Below, piece after piece: positions 48,558 to 59,575 of a stretch of DNA of 64,000 nt (its first letter is position 1; every line of letters starts with the position of its first letter). A program made the position numbers and the translations under genes. The notes below the pieces were generated by a model, which had not been told where the DNA came from, did not search any database, and worked only from the letters and a program-made list of their open reading frames with translations. The DNA comes from Polyangiaceae bacterium (lineage in GTDB: Bacteria; Myxococcota_A; Polyangia; Polyangiales; Polyangiaceae). The stretch is taken from contig JANRKO010000045.1 in the NCBI GenBank assembly GCA_033763455.1, forward strand, positions 64,001 through 128,000, in the 5' to 3' direction.

Positions 48558-50312
48558 ATGCTAAGTCGCACTTGCTCGATCACGACGGCGCCACGCTTTG
48601 GACTGGTTGTCTTCACCTTCGTGCTTGCCTCCGCGTGCACTGCTCAAATCCCTGACGACTCGCAGCGAGACAGGCGGAGCAGCACACCCCAGGTTGGCGC
48701 AACCGCCGCAGGCGGTGGGTCCGCTACGGGAAGTCAAGGCTCGCAAGGCTCGGGCGGCAACACGCCTCTCGTACCTGGATCCGGTGTAGGGGGCGCACCA
48801 GCGCCTACGACGTGCGAGGCCAACGCATCTGCCATCGCGAGCAGAAGGGTGTGGCTCTTGAGCGATAGCCAATACAACCACTCAGTGGGTACCCTGTTGC
48901 CCTCTTTGCCGGCCCCAAGCCTGAAGACGACAGGCGGTGCGCTGAGTGGGTTTGGTGCGGACGCGGAGGTTGGGCAAGTGAGCGACGCCTCTGCTTTTCA
49001 ATATTTCACCGCGGCGCAAGATTACGCAGCAACGGCCGCCAGCAAACTCCCCACACTCACCGGGTGCGAGCCCGCGAATGAAACCTGCGTTTGGGCATGG
49101 GCTCAGGATTTCGCGAGCAAAGCGTTTAGACGCCCATTGAAGCAGCCGGACATAGATGACCTAAAGCGCGTCTTCGACGCTGGCAAGCCGGCAGGGCTCA
49201 CCGAGGCGGTAAGGCCCGTCATTTCGGCCGTGCTCCAAGCCCCGTCGTTCCTGTATCGAACCGAGCTCGGCGCAGGATCTGCCTCCGGAGTTGCGCGTAT
49301 GACTCCATTTGAAGTGGCTTCGGCACTCTCCTACTTGTTCTTGGATTCAATGCCGGATGGAGAGCTCTTTGCCGCGGCGAACGCCGGCCAGTTGAGCACG
49401 TCAGCGGAAATCCGATCGGCAGCACTACGGCTCCTCAGCGTACCGGCGGCACAGGGTGTCGTCACAGCAGCGTTGATGGATTTCGCGCACCTGTCGCAAG
49501 TAGCCTCAGCTGACAAAGACCAAACTCTTTTCCCGGAGTTCACACCCGCGCTGAAGGCGAGCATGTTGGAAGAGGCGCGCTCCTTTGTGGACGCCTCCGT
49601 GTGGCAGCCCGGTGGCACCTTGGAACGGCTTTTAACCGCATCCTCCACGACCGTGGACGCAACACTGGCGAAGTACTACGGAATCGCGGAGCCTCCGAAC
49701 GGCCAAAAAGTGCCGGCCATGCTTCCCCGCACAGAACGCGCAGGCCTTCTCACCTTACCTGCATTTCTCACGGCGCTGGCCACTCCACAGGTCGGCTCAG
49801 TAGTGCACCGAGGCGTGTTCATTCGACGCGACCTCTTGTGCCAAAATCTTCCTCCCCCACCAGCAGAAGTGCTTGCGCTCCCGAAGGTGGTCGCTCCTGA
49901 ACGTGAACTCGTGGCGCAGCGGGCAGCGGATGCAGCTTGTTCCGGCTGCCATAGCCTCATCGATTCGGCCGGGCTGGCCTTCCTACACTACGACGCTATC
50001 GGTCGCTACGTGACCCAAGAGGGAGGTATGCCTGTAGACGCGGCAACCAATCTGGTGAGCGTTGACTTCGACGGCAACGTAACCGGAGCCCCTGAGCTCG
50101 GGCAACGCCTCGCCGAGAGCCCGTCGGTCAAAGCGTGCCTCGCCACGAAAGTGCTAGGGTATGGCCTAGGGCAACCACATCTCCCGACCGGAACGTGCGC
50201 GGCGCAAAAGCTCGAGGCGGCCTTTTCAGCGAGTCGCGGCGAGCTCAGGACCTTGTTCGTTGAGCTAGCAGCGCTGGATGAATTTAGCCTCCGGGAAGCG
50301 AAAAACCCATGA
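48558..50312 (+). CDS. DUF1592/DUF1588-type CxxCH lipoprotein (cassette 6)
   Basis: ASAC lipobox, AFRRPL, LQAPSFLY, SVVHRG..LLC..PPPP, CSGCH. Confidence 0.9.
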   Translation: MLSRTCSITTAPRFGLVVFTFVLASACTAQIPDDSQRDRRSSTPQVGATAAGGGSATGSQGSQGSGGNTPLVPGSGVGGAPAPTTCEANASAIASRRVWLLSDSQYNHSVGTLLPSLPAPSLKTTGGALSGFGADAEVGQVSDASAFQYFTAAQDYAATAASKLPTLTGCEPANETCVWAWAQDFASKAFRRPLKQPDIDDLKRVFDAGKPAGLTEAVRPVISAVLQAPSFLYRTELGAGSASGVARMTPFEVASALSYLFLDSMPDGELFAAANAGQLSTSAEIRSAALRLLSVPAAQGVVTAALMDFAHLSQVASADKDQTLFPEFTPALKASMLEEARSFVDASVWQPGGTLERLLTASSTTVDATLAKYYGIAEPPNGQKVPAMLPRTERAGLLTLPAFLTALATPQVGSVVHRGVFIRRDLLCQNLPPPPAEVLALPKVVAPERELVAQRAADAACSGCHSLIDSAGLAFLHYDAIGRYVTQEGGMPVDAATNLVSVDFDGNVTGAPELGQRLAESPSVKACLATKVLGYGLGQPHLPTGTCAAQKLEAAFSASRGELRTLFVELAALDEFSLREAKNP

Positions 50313-51667
50313 GCCACATTTGCCTCAATCGACGTTCTTTTTTGGCCTCCCTCGGGGGTGGCGCGCTCATCGCCGCTCCGTTCTTCCGTAATGAACGCCT
50401 GGCTCAAGCACAAGCTAACGGGCCACAGCGTTTCATGATCATGTACTTCTCCAACGGCCGAGTAAAGTCCCAATGGGCTCCCACTGGAAGTGGCACTTCT
50501 TATTCGCTCAGCCCAACGCTCTCGCCCTTCGAGAAGCTGAAGGGTGACCTCACCGTACTCGAAGGCATTGATGGCGCGCGCGAAGGGAACAGCGAGCCCC
50601 ACGCCCACTCCATGGTCAAGCTCACTACTGGGCTGCCGATTCGTCACCATATCGCCGCCTCCCAGTCGACGGGCCCTAGCATCGATCAAATCCTCGCTGG
50701 CCACCCCGCCATCTCCACGCGCATTCGCTCACTGCAAGTTACCGCCGATCTCATGATCAACCCCAACGCGGTAGGCCAATATGTGCTTTCGCATGCCGGG
50801 CTTGAGCAGCCTCTGCGGCCTGAAGTGCGGCCACAAGAAATCTACAAGCAAGTATTCAGCGGCATCCTCGGCCCTTCTGCCGGCTCTGGAGCCCCGGATC
50901 CAGCTCTAGAGCGCGCACGCGCCGAGAAGCTAAGCGTGCTCGATTTCTTCAAGCGAGATTGGCAGCGAATGTATGACGTGTTGCCAGCGGCCCAACGCCC
51001 AAAGTTGGATGCCCACCTGGCTGGTATTCGCCAAATCGAAAAATCCCTCGATGCCATGCCCACCACATTGCCGTCCGCCGGCTGTGTGGAACCTACCGAC
51101 CTGCAGAGTCGCTTGGCATCTATTCAGGCCCCTCCAAATCCTGACACACTGCCCGTTAGCTATGCGTCGCTTTCGCGACTCAATCTCGATCTCGTTCGCC
51201 TGGCATTTGCCTGCGACGCCACGCGCATCGTCACGTTCTTGTGGGACACCTCCACGTCAAGCATGACGTTTGATGGGTTACTCCCCGGTGGGCGGCACGA
51301 TGTGCAACATGGCCTAATCGGCAACACCACTGTGTTGGCCGCATCCGAAAAGTACTTGATGCAGAAAACAGCCGATTGGGTGCAAACTCTGAAGGATACG
51401 CCCGAAGGCGCGGGGAACCTCTTGGACAGCAGCTTAGTCGTTGTATGCAGCGAACATGGCGAAGCCCACGACGATCGCCAGCAACCATTCTTGTTGTTGG
51501 GAACAGCTGGTGGCCGACTCAAGAGTGGCCATTTCGTTACCAAAAGTGGTCGCTACAACAACGACGTTTGGGCAACTGTACAGCGCGCCTTCGATATGCC
51601 AGGCGTTGGCGACACCTTCGGTGAAGCACAATTCTGCCAGGGCCCCATTCCGGAGCTGCTCGCGTGA
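50309..51667 (+). CDS. DUF1552-type Tat-exported His-rich protein (cassette 6)
   Basis: LNRRSFLAS, FSNG, SIDQ, RHDVQH, LLDSSLVVVCSEHGEAH; ATGA overlap. Confidence 0.9.
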   Translation: MSHICLNRRSFLASLGGGALIAAPFFRNERLAQAQANGPQRFMIMYFSNGRVKSQWAPTGSGTSYSLSPTLSPFEKLKGDLTVLEGIDGAREGNSEPHAHSMVKLTTGLPIRHHIAASQSTGPSIDQILAGHPAISTRIRSLQVTADLMINPNAVGQYVLSHAGLEQPLRPEVRPQEIYKQVFSGILGPSAGSGAPDPALERARAEKLSVLDFFKRDWQRMYDVLPAAQRPKLDAHLAGIRQIEKSLDAMPTTLPSAGCVEPTDLQSRLASIQAPPNPDTLPVSYASLSRLNLDLVRLAFACDATRIVTFLWDTSTSSMTFDGLLPGGRHDVQHGLIGNTTVLAASEKYLMQKTADWVQTLKDTPEGAGNLLDSSLVVVCSEHGEAHDDRQQPFLLLGTAGGRLKSGHFVTKSGRYNNDVWATVQRAFDMPGVGDTFGEAQFCQGPIPELLA

Positions 51668-52629
51668 AGATCCTTCCAAGCGTGCTCACAATCTTTATCA
51701 GCAGCGTCATCGCTTGTGGCACTCCAACCACTGGGCGCTCTGCGCGAATGCTTGAGGTCGCGAATGGCGGCGCCACTGCGTCGTCCGCGAGTGGTGGACT
51801 CGGTGTGAATTCTGGCGGCATGCCTCTTGGCGGGCGCGCCACCGTTGGAACAGGAGCACCCGGGACAGGGGGCGCCACACCTGGTGCAGGTGGGGTGCCT
51901 TCGACGCAAGCGGGCGGTATGTTTGGCACTAGCACCAGCGGCGGCAGCTCCATGGCAACGTCAGGAGGTAACCTGGGCTCTGGAGGTGCGGCACCTACCG
52001 CCACTGGGGGAGCAAGCAGCGGCGTGGGTGGAGCCTCGCCCTTACCCGCAGGATCTCCCGGAGAGCAGCTCAACGGCTTTCGGATCGAGATCGCTTGCCA
52101 GGGGCCACACAACCCAGCGGACGAAACTTGTTACTTTCAGCAACCCTTCAACTGGGGCACCGATTCCACCGCTGCTGAGCTTGAGGCCCTCAACAACAAG
52201 CTAGACCGATTTTCGACCTTCGACGTGGGTGGGGATCCGAACGTCATCTACGATCTAGCCATCCGGGTACAAGGCGTTATTGAGACATGCCAGTGGTCGG
52301 GTGGCACCGCAGTTAATCCACACTTCATGATTGGTGGAGGCCCAAGCGGCGATGTTAACTACTTCCAATACGTACTGCAAACCTCCGATCCGCCAGCAAC
52401 CTACGGCCTGAACGGCGGCGGCTACGGTCACAACTTAACCAAGATGGACTACACCGCCTCGGTCCGCGCAAAAGGGGGCTCTCGCATCACCGTGCGTGTG
52501 CGCGACCGTAATGTGGTGCAAGTGGCTAATTGGGAGATGTTCTCCGTACCGGGGATTGCGCCAGCGCCAGCTATCTACGACGGGCAACACCTCCAATTCA
52601 CCGTCACAGCTGCGGTTCCCGCGCAATAG
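51664..52629 (+). CDS. Lipoprotein with Gly-rich linker and unknown beta-rich domain (cassette 6 partner)
   Basis: VIAC lipobox, GTGA overlap with the DUF1552 stop, ~185-aa globular C-terminal domain. Confidence 0.8.
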   Translation: MKILPSVLTIFISSVIACGTPTTGRSARMLEVANGGATASSASGGLGVNSGGMPLGGRATVGTGAPGTGGATPGAGGVPSTQAGGMFGTSTSGGSSMATSGGNLGSGGAAPTATGGASSGVGGASPLPAGSPGEQLNGFRIEIACQGPHNPADETCYFQQPFNWGTDSTAAELEALNNKLDRFSTFDVGGDPNVIYDLAIRVQGVIETCQWSGGTAVNPHFMIGGGPSGDVNYFQYVLQTSDPPATYGLNGGGYGHNLTKMDYTASVRAKGGSRITVRVRDRNVVQVANWEMFSVPGIAPAPAIYDGQHLQFTVTAAVPAQ

Positions 52630-52819
52630 ATTCGCCGTTAGCCAGGGCGCTTGTGCCGGCTGGCGACGTTCGACGCTCGGCCCGAACACCCTTATTCGAT
52701 TCCGGCCCCGAACGGCGCCACGCGCTGGCCACGCCTGTGCCCATTCTGACCGAAAAGTCTTGGCAATTCCCCTAGCCATGAACATCTATGCTAGCTATCC
52801 TTGCTTATCAGGGCAGCGT

Positions 52820-54688
52820 ATGAGTTTGGCTACGAGACCTCGTTTGACTCGACTGTTAACCTTGGCTGCTGCGTTAGCGGTTAGCTGTCAACCGTCTCCA
52901 AGCGAGCGCACTCGCAGCGGCGAGGCCCCTTACGGGGGAGCCAGTTCGGTGGGTGGTGCCAACGCGGGAGCTTCCGTGGGTGGAGCAGACGCGAGTTTCG
53001 GCGGCGGTACAGGTAGCGGCACCGCAAGTAGCGGAGGTTCCGGTAGTGGTGGGGCACCCCAGCCAGTAGTGGATAGCGCAGAGCTTCCGCTGCGTCGGTT
53101 AAGTCGCGTGCAGATGCGAAATGCGCTGGACGACGCATTCCGCCTTGCCGCGCCCGCCCAAGGCGCCAACATGGTGAGCGCGTACGATTGGCAAATTGGC
53201 TTTTACCCGGCGGATCGCCTAACGAACGCGAGCGGCGAGAAGCATGGCGGATATGGCAGGCTTGATCAGAGCGTTCAACAATCACACGTCGACGCGCTGC
53301 TTGAGCTTGCCAATATCGTGAGCACCAGCGTCACGTCTCAGCCTGCCTGGATAACGGAGTTAGTGGGCGCTTGCGCCACAGACGCGAATGCCACCAACGA
53401 TGTTACGTGCCTTCGAGATTTTGTGTCCCGTTTCGGCCGCATTCTCCTTCGGCACCCTCTCGGCTCCACCGAGGTGGACTTCTACACATCGGTGAGCGAT
53501 CCCAATCCCAATACGGTAAGTGCTGAATCGATCGGCAAGGTGCTAGGCCTGCTCATTCTCGCTCCTGATTTCTTGTACTTTGTGGAGCATGGCCAAGCCA
53601 CGGCTTTGGGGGATGTAATCCCGCTGACGGCGCATGAGCTGGCGGCTCGTTTGTCCTTTCATTTTTGGCAGTCTGGGCCTGATGCGGAGCTCAATTCGCT
53701 CGCCGATGCGGGCACTTTGCTGGATGATGCCACGTTCAACGCCCAAGTAGCTCGTCTTGCGGCGGATCCCAAAGCGGAGTCGGCCGTGCGCGAGTTCTTT
53801 GGCGAGTGGCTGAGGCTTGAGGAGCTGGAAAATCCCTTGGGCCAAGGCGGAGCCGTTTGGGACGCACTTCGAGGCACGTTCACACCCACTTTGGACACCA
53901 AGAAGAATACGGTGGCGGAAATCTTGGATCTAGTGGCTTACCTCTATCGCAACAACGCCAAGCTGAGCGATGTCCTCACCAGCCGCGCGTACGTGACGCA
54001 GGCGAATGACATTGCTGAGCTCTACGGGCAGCCCGCCTGGAACGGGCAAGGCACGCCGCCGGAATTTCAAGATCCTGCGCGCGCGGGCTTACTCACTCGC
54101 ATAGCGCTCGTTGCGTCCTACAGCGCAAACACTCGCCCCATCATGAAGGGCTTTAGAGTCCGCAATGCGCTCTTGTGTCAGACCTTGCCTCCGCCACCCC
54201 CGAGCGCGATGAACGCAACGGTTGATTTGGCCCCAGATCTTACCACACGCGAAGTGGTGGAGCGGCTCACGGAAACACCTGGGACGGCCTGCTTGGCGTG
54301 TCACAGGCAGCTCAATCCGCTCGGGTACCTTACGGAGAATTTTGATCCCCTGGGGCGCACGCGAGCGACGCAGAAGCTCTACGATTCTGCTGGGATGCTG
54401 ATCGCTGAAAAGGCCGTGAACACCCAGGCTGCCCCCCTGGTAACGCCGAACGACATGGCGCAGGCCAGCTCCGCAGCGGAGCTCACCGCTCAGATTGTGG
54501 CTTCTGGCGAATTTGAGCGCTGCTTTTCGCAGCAATATTTCCGCTACACCTTTGGCAGGGTGGATAAGCCGGCTGACACGCCCGTGCTCGAAGGCATCCA
54601 GGCCACGGCCGTGGCCGGGAGCACTCTGAGGGAGCTGCTTTCGAAGGTCGCCACCACCACTAATTTCAAGACGAGGGATTTTCGATGA
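52820..54688 (+). CDS. DUF1592/DUF1588-type CxxCH lipoprotein (cassette 7)
   Basis: AVSC lipobox, RRLSRVQ, ELAARLSFHFW, PIMKG..LLC..PPPPP, CLACH; ATG 52820. Confidence 0.9.
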   Translation: MSLATRPRLTRLLTLAAALAVSCQPSPSERTRSGEAPYGGASSVGGANAGASVGGADASFGGGTGSGTASSGGSGSGGAPQPVVDSAELPLRRLSRVQMRNALDDAFRLAAPAQGANMVSAYDWQIGFYPADRLTNASGEKHGGYGRLDQSVQQSHVDALLELANIVSTSVTSQPAWITELVGACATDANATNDVTCLRDFVSRFGRILLRHPLGSTEVDFYTSVSDPNPNTVSAESIGKVLGLLILAPDFLYFVEHGQATALGDVIPLTAHELAARLSFHFWQSGPDAELNSLADAGTLLDDATFNAQVARLAADPKAESAVREFFGEWLRLEELENPLGQGGAVWDALRGTFTPTLDTKKNTVAEILDLVAYLYRNNAKLSDVLTSRAYVTQANDIAELYGQPAWNGQGTPPEFQDPARAGLLTRIALVASYSANTRPIMKGFRVRNALLCQTLPPPPPSAMNATVDLAPDLTTREVVERLTETPGTACLACHRQLNPLGYLTENFDPLGRTRATQKLYDSAGMLIAEKAVNTQAAPLVTPNDMAQASSAAELTAQIVASGEFERCFSQQYFRYTFGRVDKPADTPVLEGIQATAVAGSTLRELLSKVATTTNFKTRDFR

Positions 54689-56250
54689 GCCGGTCTTCCT
54701 CCCGCCTGCACCGTCGCTGGTTCCTTGCTGGAGCCGGCGGGGCGCTTTTGCCTTTGCCACTTCTCGGTTCACTCTTCTCACCGGGCACCTCAGAAGCGCA
54801 GGCGTTGCGAGAAAAGTGTTTTGGCTTTTTCTACCAGCCCCATGGTAACGCCTACCAGCGGGACATGTACCCGAGCCAGGCCACGCTCACTAACACCATG
54901 GCCTACGCCGGCCACACGATCCGCAATGGCGCGTTGGTGGGCAACGATAGCGCTGGGGAAATGCGTGTCTCGGAGGTGCTGAGGGCACCTTCGACGCGGC
55001 TTTCTCAAGCCTTGGTGGCCAAGATGAACGTGCTCATGGGTCTCGATGTGCCCTTCTACCAAAGCCACAACACCGGGATGGCGCTTGGAAATTTTGGGGA
55101 CAACCAGCAAGGGATCAAATCGGTGGTCGCCAATGGCCGCCGCCCAACGCTTGATCAAATCCTGGCTTGGTCCCCAACCTTTTATTCAGATGCGTCACGT
55201 GTGGTGAACCGCTCTGTGGTGCTTGGCGATCAATCCTTCGCTCATGCAAACCCGAAAACCAGGGTGGGGCCCATCGAAATGGTGGGCAAGACAGCACAGG
55301 GCAGCCGAGATCTCTTCGATCAACTTTTCAACACAACCACAGGCCCACGCGAGAAGCTTCTTATCGACAAGACGCTCGCCAACTACACGGCGCTCCGTAA
55401 CGGCAACCAACGCTTGTCCTCCGGGGACAAGCGGCGCCTGGACGATCATATCGAAAGCCTCTACGAGCTCCAACGCAAGCTGATAGCTGCGACGAGCGGC
55501 ACTCCGCCGCCCCGCCCGGCCACGAACAGCACCGATCTCTCAAACAAGACCGAATACAGCATGGATCCGGCGCTTCAGGTGCAGGCCTACCAGCTTTGGA
55601 ATGACGTCATTGTGGCGGCATTTTCAACCGGCACGTCGCGCGTGATCAGCACCAGCATCTGGGATGCCTCGTTCACCACCTATCCGGGATCGGCCTATGG
55701 CGGCTCTTGGCACCAAGAGGTAGCCCACAAAGCCTCCATCGACGCAGCAGCCTACACCCTGCTGCTCACCTCATACCGCACATTCTTCGCAGACGTGTTC
55801 GTCGATCTCGCCAAGAAGCTGGACGCGGTGGATCGCGGTGGAGGCACCACCTTGCTGGATGATTGCCTCCTGTTCTGGACGCATGAATCTGGGCACCACA
55901 CCCACGATCCGATCTGTGTCCCCGTGGTCACGTTCGGATCGGCCGCAGGTGGCATGAAAACTGGTCAATTCTGCGACTACAGAGATCTCACCCGCAAGAT
56001 GAAGGGTGGTGATGATCTCCAGAAGGAAGACTACGAGATAGGGCTGCTTTGGCATCAATGGCTCGGCAGCGTGTTCCAAGCTCTGGGTATACCCAAATCA
56101 GAGTATGAAGTTCCCGCGGAGAACGGCGGCTATCCCAACTTTCACTGGCAGCAGACGGACTATTACACTCTCGTGGGAGGCGAAAAGACGCTGTACCCTG
56201 ACAGCGTGTGGAACGTTACCGGGGAGATGTTGCCGTGGCTGGGACCGTGA
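54685..56250 (+). CDS. DUF1552-type Tat-exported His-rich protein (cassette 7)
   Basis: LHRRWFLAG, QPHG, TLDQ, WHQEVAH, LLDDCLLFWTHESGHHTH; ATGA overlap. Confidence 0.9.
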   Translation: MSRSSSRLHRRWFLAGAGGALLPLPLLGSLFSPGTSEAQALREKCFGFFYQPHGNAYQRDMYPSQATLTNTMAYAGHTIRNGALVGNDSAGEMRVSEVLRAPSTRLSQALVAKMNVLMGLDVPFYQSHNTGMALGNFGDNQQGIKSVVANGRRPTLDQILAWSPTFYSDASRVVNRSVVLGDQSFAHANPKTRVGPIEMVGKTAQGSRDLFDQLFNTTTGPREKLLIDKTLANYTALRNGNQRLSSGDKRRLDDHIESLYELQRKLIAATSGTPPPRPATNSTDLSNKTEYSMDPALQVQAYQLWNDVIVAAFSTGTSRVISTSIWDASFTTYPGSAYGGSWHQEVAHKASIDAAAYTLLLTSYRTFFADVFVDLAKKLDAVDRGGGTTLLDDCLLFWTHESGHHTHDPICVPVVTFGSAAGGMKTGQFCDYRDLTRKMKGGDDLQKEDYEIGLLWHQWLGSVFQALGIPKSEYEVPAENGGYPNFHWQQTDYYTLVGGEKTLYPDSVWNVTGEMLPWLGP

Positions 56251-58227
56251 GGTTCCGAGTGCGCGATCACATCCAGGCACCATCCTTTTTTATCGTCCTT
56301 TGCTGCTCGTTCTTCGCGTGCTCTTCTGAGCAGGCATCGAAAGCACCGGTCGGCTCAGGTGGTTTCAGCGCTGTTGGAGGTGGGGGAAGCATCGGCGGCG
56401 CAAGAGCTGGAGTGATGGTCGCTTCTGCGGGCGGTATTCCGGCAGCCGGCGGTGCGATTGGTTCTGCCGGGGGCACTCCGGGGTTCGGTGGTGTGGCGAA
56501 TGCGCAAGTTGGAGGCGCGGTTGCGATTGGTGGCGGGCCGGGTAGTTCAGCGAGCTCTGGGGGAACGGGTGGAGCCGCTCAGAATTTTGGATTCTTCGTC
56601 GCCGTAGGGGACGTCGGGCGTAGCACCATTTCCTGCGACGACGGGCAGAGCTGGGTAGCCAATCGTTCTGACGACGATGCGCGGCGGTGTTGGAGTCAAA
56701 CCAATGGGGATTGCGATCACGATCCCGGGCAAGCCCGCGGCCTTGCGTTTCACGCTGGCCAATTTGTAGCTTCCTTTGGCTGGACCAACGGCGGCTCCAC
56801 CATTCGAACCTCTGCAGACGGCGTTAACTGGACAACAGTCTTCACCCAGGCCGATCCATCACACCTAGGCACCGGCGGAGCCCTCTTTGGGCGCGGCGTT
56901 TGGCTTGTTCCGACCGCTTATGGGCCGCTCCTAGCCACTTCCCCTGAAGGCACTTGGGAGACCTTGGGCGCGATTCAAGCGGGGGATGTAAGTTTAGCGC
57001 ACGTGCGCGCTGCGGCTTTCGGCGGGTCTGCCGAAGGAGCCTTCATCGTTGTAGGCGGCGTTTCTGGTGGGGGTCTAGTTTCAGGGGCAGAAGACGTCCT
57101 TGTCTCGACCAATCCGCGCACCGGTTGGACTCGCGCGGCAACTCTCAGTGCCTGCACCAAGTCGGCCTATCGTAACCGTAGCGCCAAGTGCACAGCTTGA
57201 CGATGCTCCAAAATTAGGGTGAGCGAGCTCAACTCGGGGCTGGAGGCGGACGCCAATTTTCCGGGAGAAGCTGGTCGATTCGGCTGGCGGGTGTGGAGTC
57301 GAGCTTAGTTAGGATGTCGGTGAGGTATGCTAACGGATTAACGCCGTTGGCTTCGCAGGTCGCCAGCACGGTGTAGAGATTTGCGAGATTTTCGCCTGAT
57401 TCCTGATTGCCGACAAATAGGAAGTTCTTTCTGCCGAGAGCGACGACGCGCAGAGCTCGTTCGGACTGGTTATTGTCGGGTGGAATGAGGGCATTCTCAA
57501 GAAACCGAGTCAACGCTTCCCAGTTCTTGCAAGCATAGCTGATGGCACGGCCGAGCTTGCTCTTCGGTAGCTGACGCGGTTCTTGTTCGTGCATCCAGAG
57601 TTGCAAGCTTTCCATGAGCGGCACACTCAATTGCTGGCGTAGCTTCAGGTGCTCAGGTGTTCGGGCTATGCCGCGCTCAAGCGCGGTGTGCTCAACAACG
57701 TAAACTTGGCGGATGATTTCCAGTGCTGCTTTTGCTTCCGGCGCGTCTTTCAGTGCATCAAAAAACTTGCGGCGCGCATGAGCGAGGCATCCTGCGCGTT
57801 CTCGCCCATCCACCTGCGTGACTGCGTTGTACCCAGTGTAGGCATCAACCACCAACGTCCCTTGCGTGCCACCGAGTACAAGTTTGGGTGTTTGCCCGCT
57901 TCGATCTGGACTGAAACAGTACGCGATGGATTTGCCGGCAATGAAAGTCCACACATAGGGGCGCTTAGCGCTCTCTTGTGTTCGATGCGTTGTTTCGTCC
58001 GCAAGCACAATGTCGGAGGTTGCAATTTGTGCGAGGATCCGCCGCGCGACAATGCCGAGAGCATTACCTACACGATTGTAGAGCGTATTCATCGTGCTTC
58101 GCGACATCGGCATTCCGAGGCGTTGAAACGACTTTTCGAGCCGATAAAGCGGCACGCAATCCAGTGTTTTGGTAACGGCGAGATAGGCCATAAACCCGGG
58201 CCCGTATTGGATCTTCTCGAAAACCTT

Positions 58228-59575
58228 GAGCGTGTCAGAATTTTCGTGTAGCTTGACTCATACGGGCAAACGACCTTCGAAAAAAATGTCGAGTTGAGCG
58301 AGGGTGCGATACCAAGACTTATCTGCGTTCCACCGGGTCTTAGCGTTGCGGATGGCAAGGAAAAAGAGCTTGAAGACGGCCTCGTCGTTGGGAAATGGGC
58401 CTCGATTTCTCAGAGGCTTCCGCAATTGCGAGTTTAGAGATTCGATGGCATTTGTCGTGTAAAGTATGCGCCGAAGTTCGGGGGGATAGGCAAGAAACGG
58501 AACAAAGTGCTCCCAGCGATTGCGGAAGGTGCGAGCGACCCCGGGATACTTGCTGTTGTATCTGGCCTCAATGGCCTCAAGCTCCGCCTTGGCCTGTGTT
58601 TCGTTTTCGGCGGTGTACATCGGCCGCAGTGCCGTAGCCAACTCCTTGCGGTCTGTCCACGACACGTAACGGAGTGCGTTTCGGATGAGATGCACGATGC
58701 ACGTCTGCAGCACGGCACGCGGGAAGGCCGCCTCCAGCGCCTTGTCGAGCCCAGAAAGGCCGTCGGCGCATACGAAGAGAATGTCCTCGACGCCTCGGCC
58801 TTTGAGTTCCGTGAGGATATTCAGCCAGAATTTGGCCCCCTCGGTTTCGGCCGCCCAGATGCCCAGGACGTCTCGTGTTCCGTTCAGGGTAACGCCCAGT
58901 GCGACGTAGAAGGCCCGTTTTTGCACTTGCACGCCATCTCGCACCGATACGAAAAGTGCATCGAGGTAAACCACTGGGTACACTGCATCTAGCGGGCGGC
59001 TTTGCCAGTCCCGGAACGCCGGCATCACAGCGTCCGTTGCTTTGGAAATGAGCTCGTGGGAGACGTCCGTACCGTACAGTTCCCGCAGGTGAGCCTGAAT
59101 GTCACGCGTCGTCATGCCGCGGGCGTAGAGCGCCAAGACCTTGTCGTCGAAGCCTTCTACGCGCCGCTGGTGCTTCTTCACCACCTGGGGCACGAAGGTC
59201 CCATTCCGATCCCGCGGCACCCGGATTCGAACCGGCCCAGACTCGGTGTGCACGGTCTTGTCGCTGTGCCCATTGCGCACGTTGGGGCTGTCTCCCGTGC
59301 CGCTTGCCTCCTCCAGGTGCGCGGCGAGCTCACCCTCCAGCAGGCGCTCCATCACCGCGCCCTTGAGCTGTGTGAACAGCCCCTCCGGGCCGAACATGTC
59401 ACCCCCGTCTGCGGCGCACTCGGCTATCAGTCGGTCGAGAAACTCACGCTTCTCGGCTGCAAGTTCCCGGTTGCTTTTTGATGGTGTAGAATTTTTCTTT
59501 GTTGATTGTGTTTCCATGAGTGACTCCCTTTAAGTCACCCGTTTTGTCAAATTACACAAACTTTCTGACACTCCC
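58228..59575 (-). mobile_element. IS256-family insertion sequence (1348 bp)
   Basis: Imperfect ~30-bp IRs (GAGCGTGTCAGAA... / GGGAGTGTCAGAA...); 8-bp TSD AAAACCTT at 58220-58227 and 59576-59583. Confidence 0.95.
58258..59517 (-). CDS. IS256-family transposase
   Basis: RNG, VPRDR.G.F, YARGMTTR, VYLDA, ADGL.G, QTCIVH, YTTNAIES. Confidence 0.96.
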   Translation of the reverse strand: METQSTKKNSTPSKSNRELAAEKREFLDRLIAECAADGGDMFGPEGLFTQLKGAVMERLLEGELAAHLEEASGTGDSPNVRNGHSDKTVHTESGPVRIRVPRDRNGTFVPQVVKKHQRRVEGFDDKVLALYARGMTTRDIQAHLRELYGTDVSHELISKATDAVMPAFRDWQSRPLDAVYPVVYLDALFVSVRDGVQVQKRAFYVALGVTLNGTRDVLGIWAAETEGAKFWLNILTELKGRGVEDILFVCADGLSGLDKALEAAFPRAVLQTCIVHLIRNALRYVSWTDRKELATALRPMYTAENETQAKAELEAIEARYNSKYPGVARTFRNRWEHFVPFLAYPPELRRILYTTNAIESLNSQLRKPLRNRGPFPNDEAVFKLFFLAIRNAKTRWNADKSWYRTLAQLDIFFEGRLPV

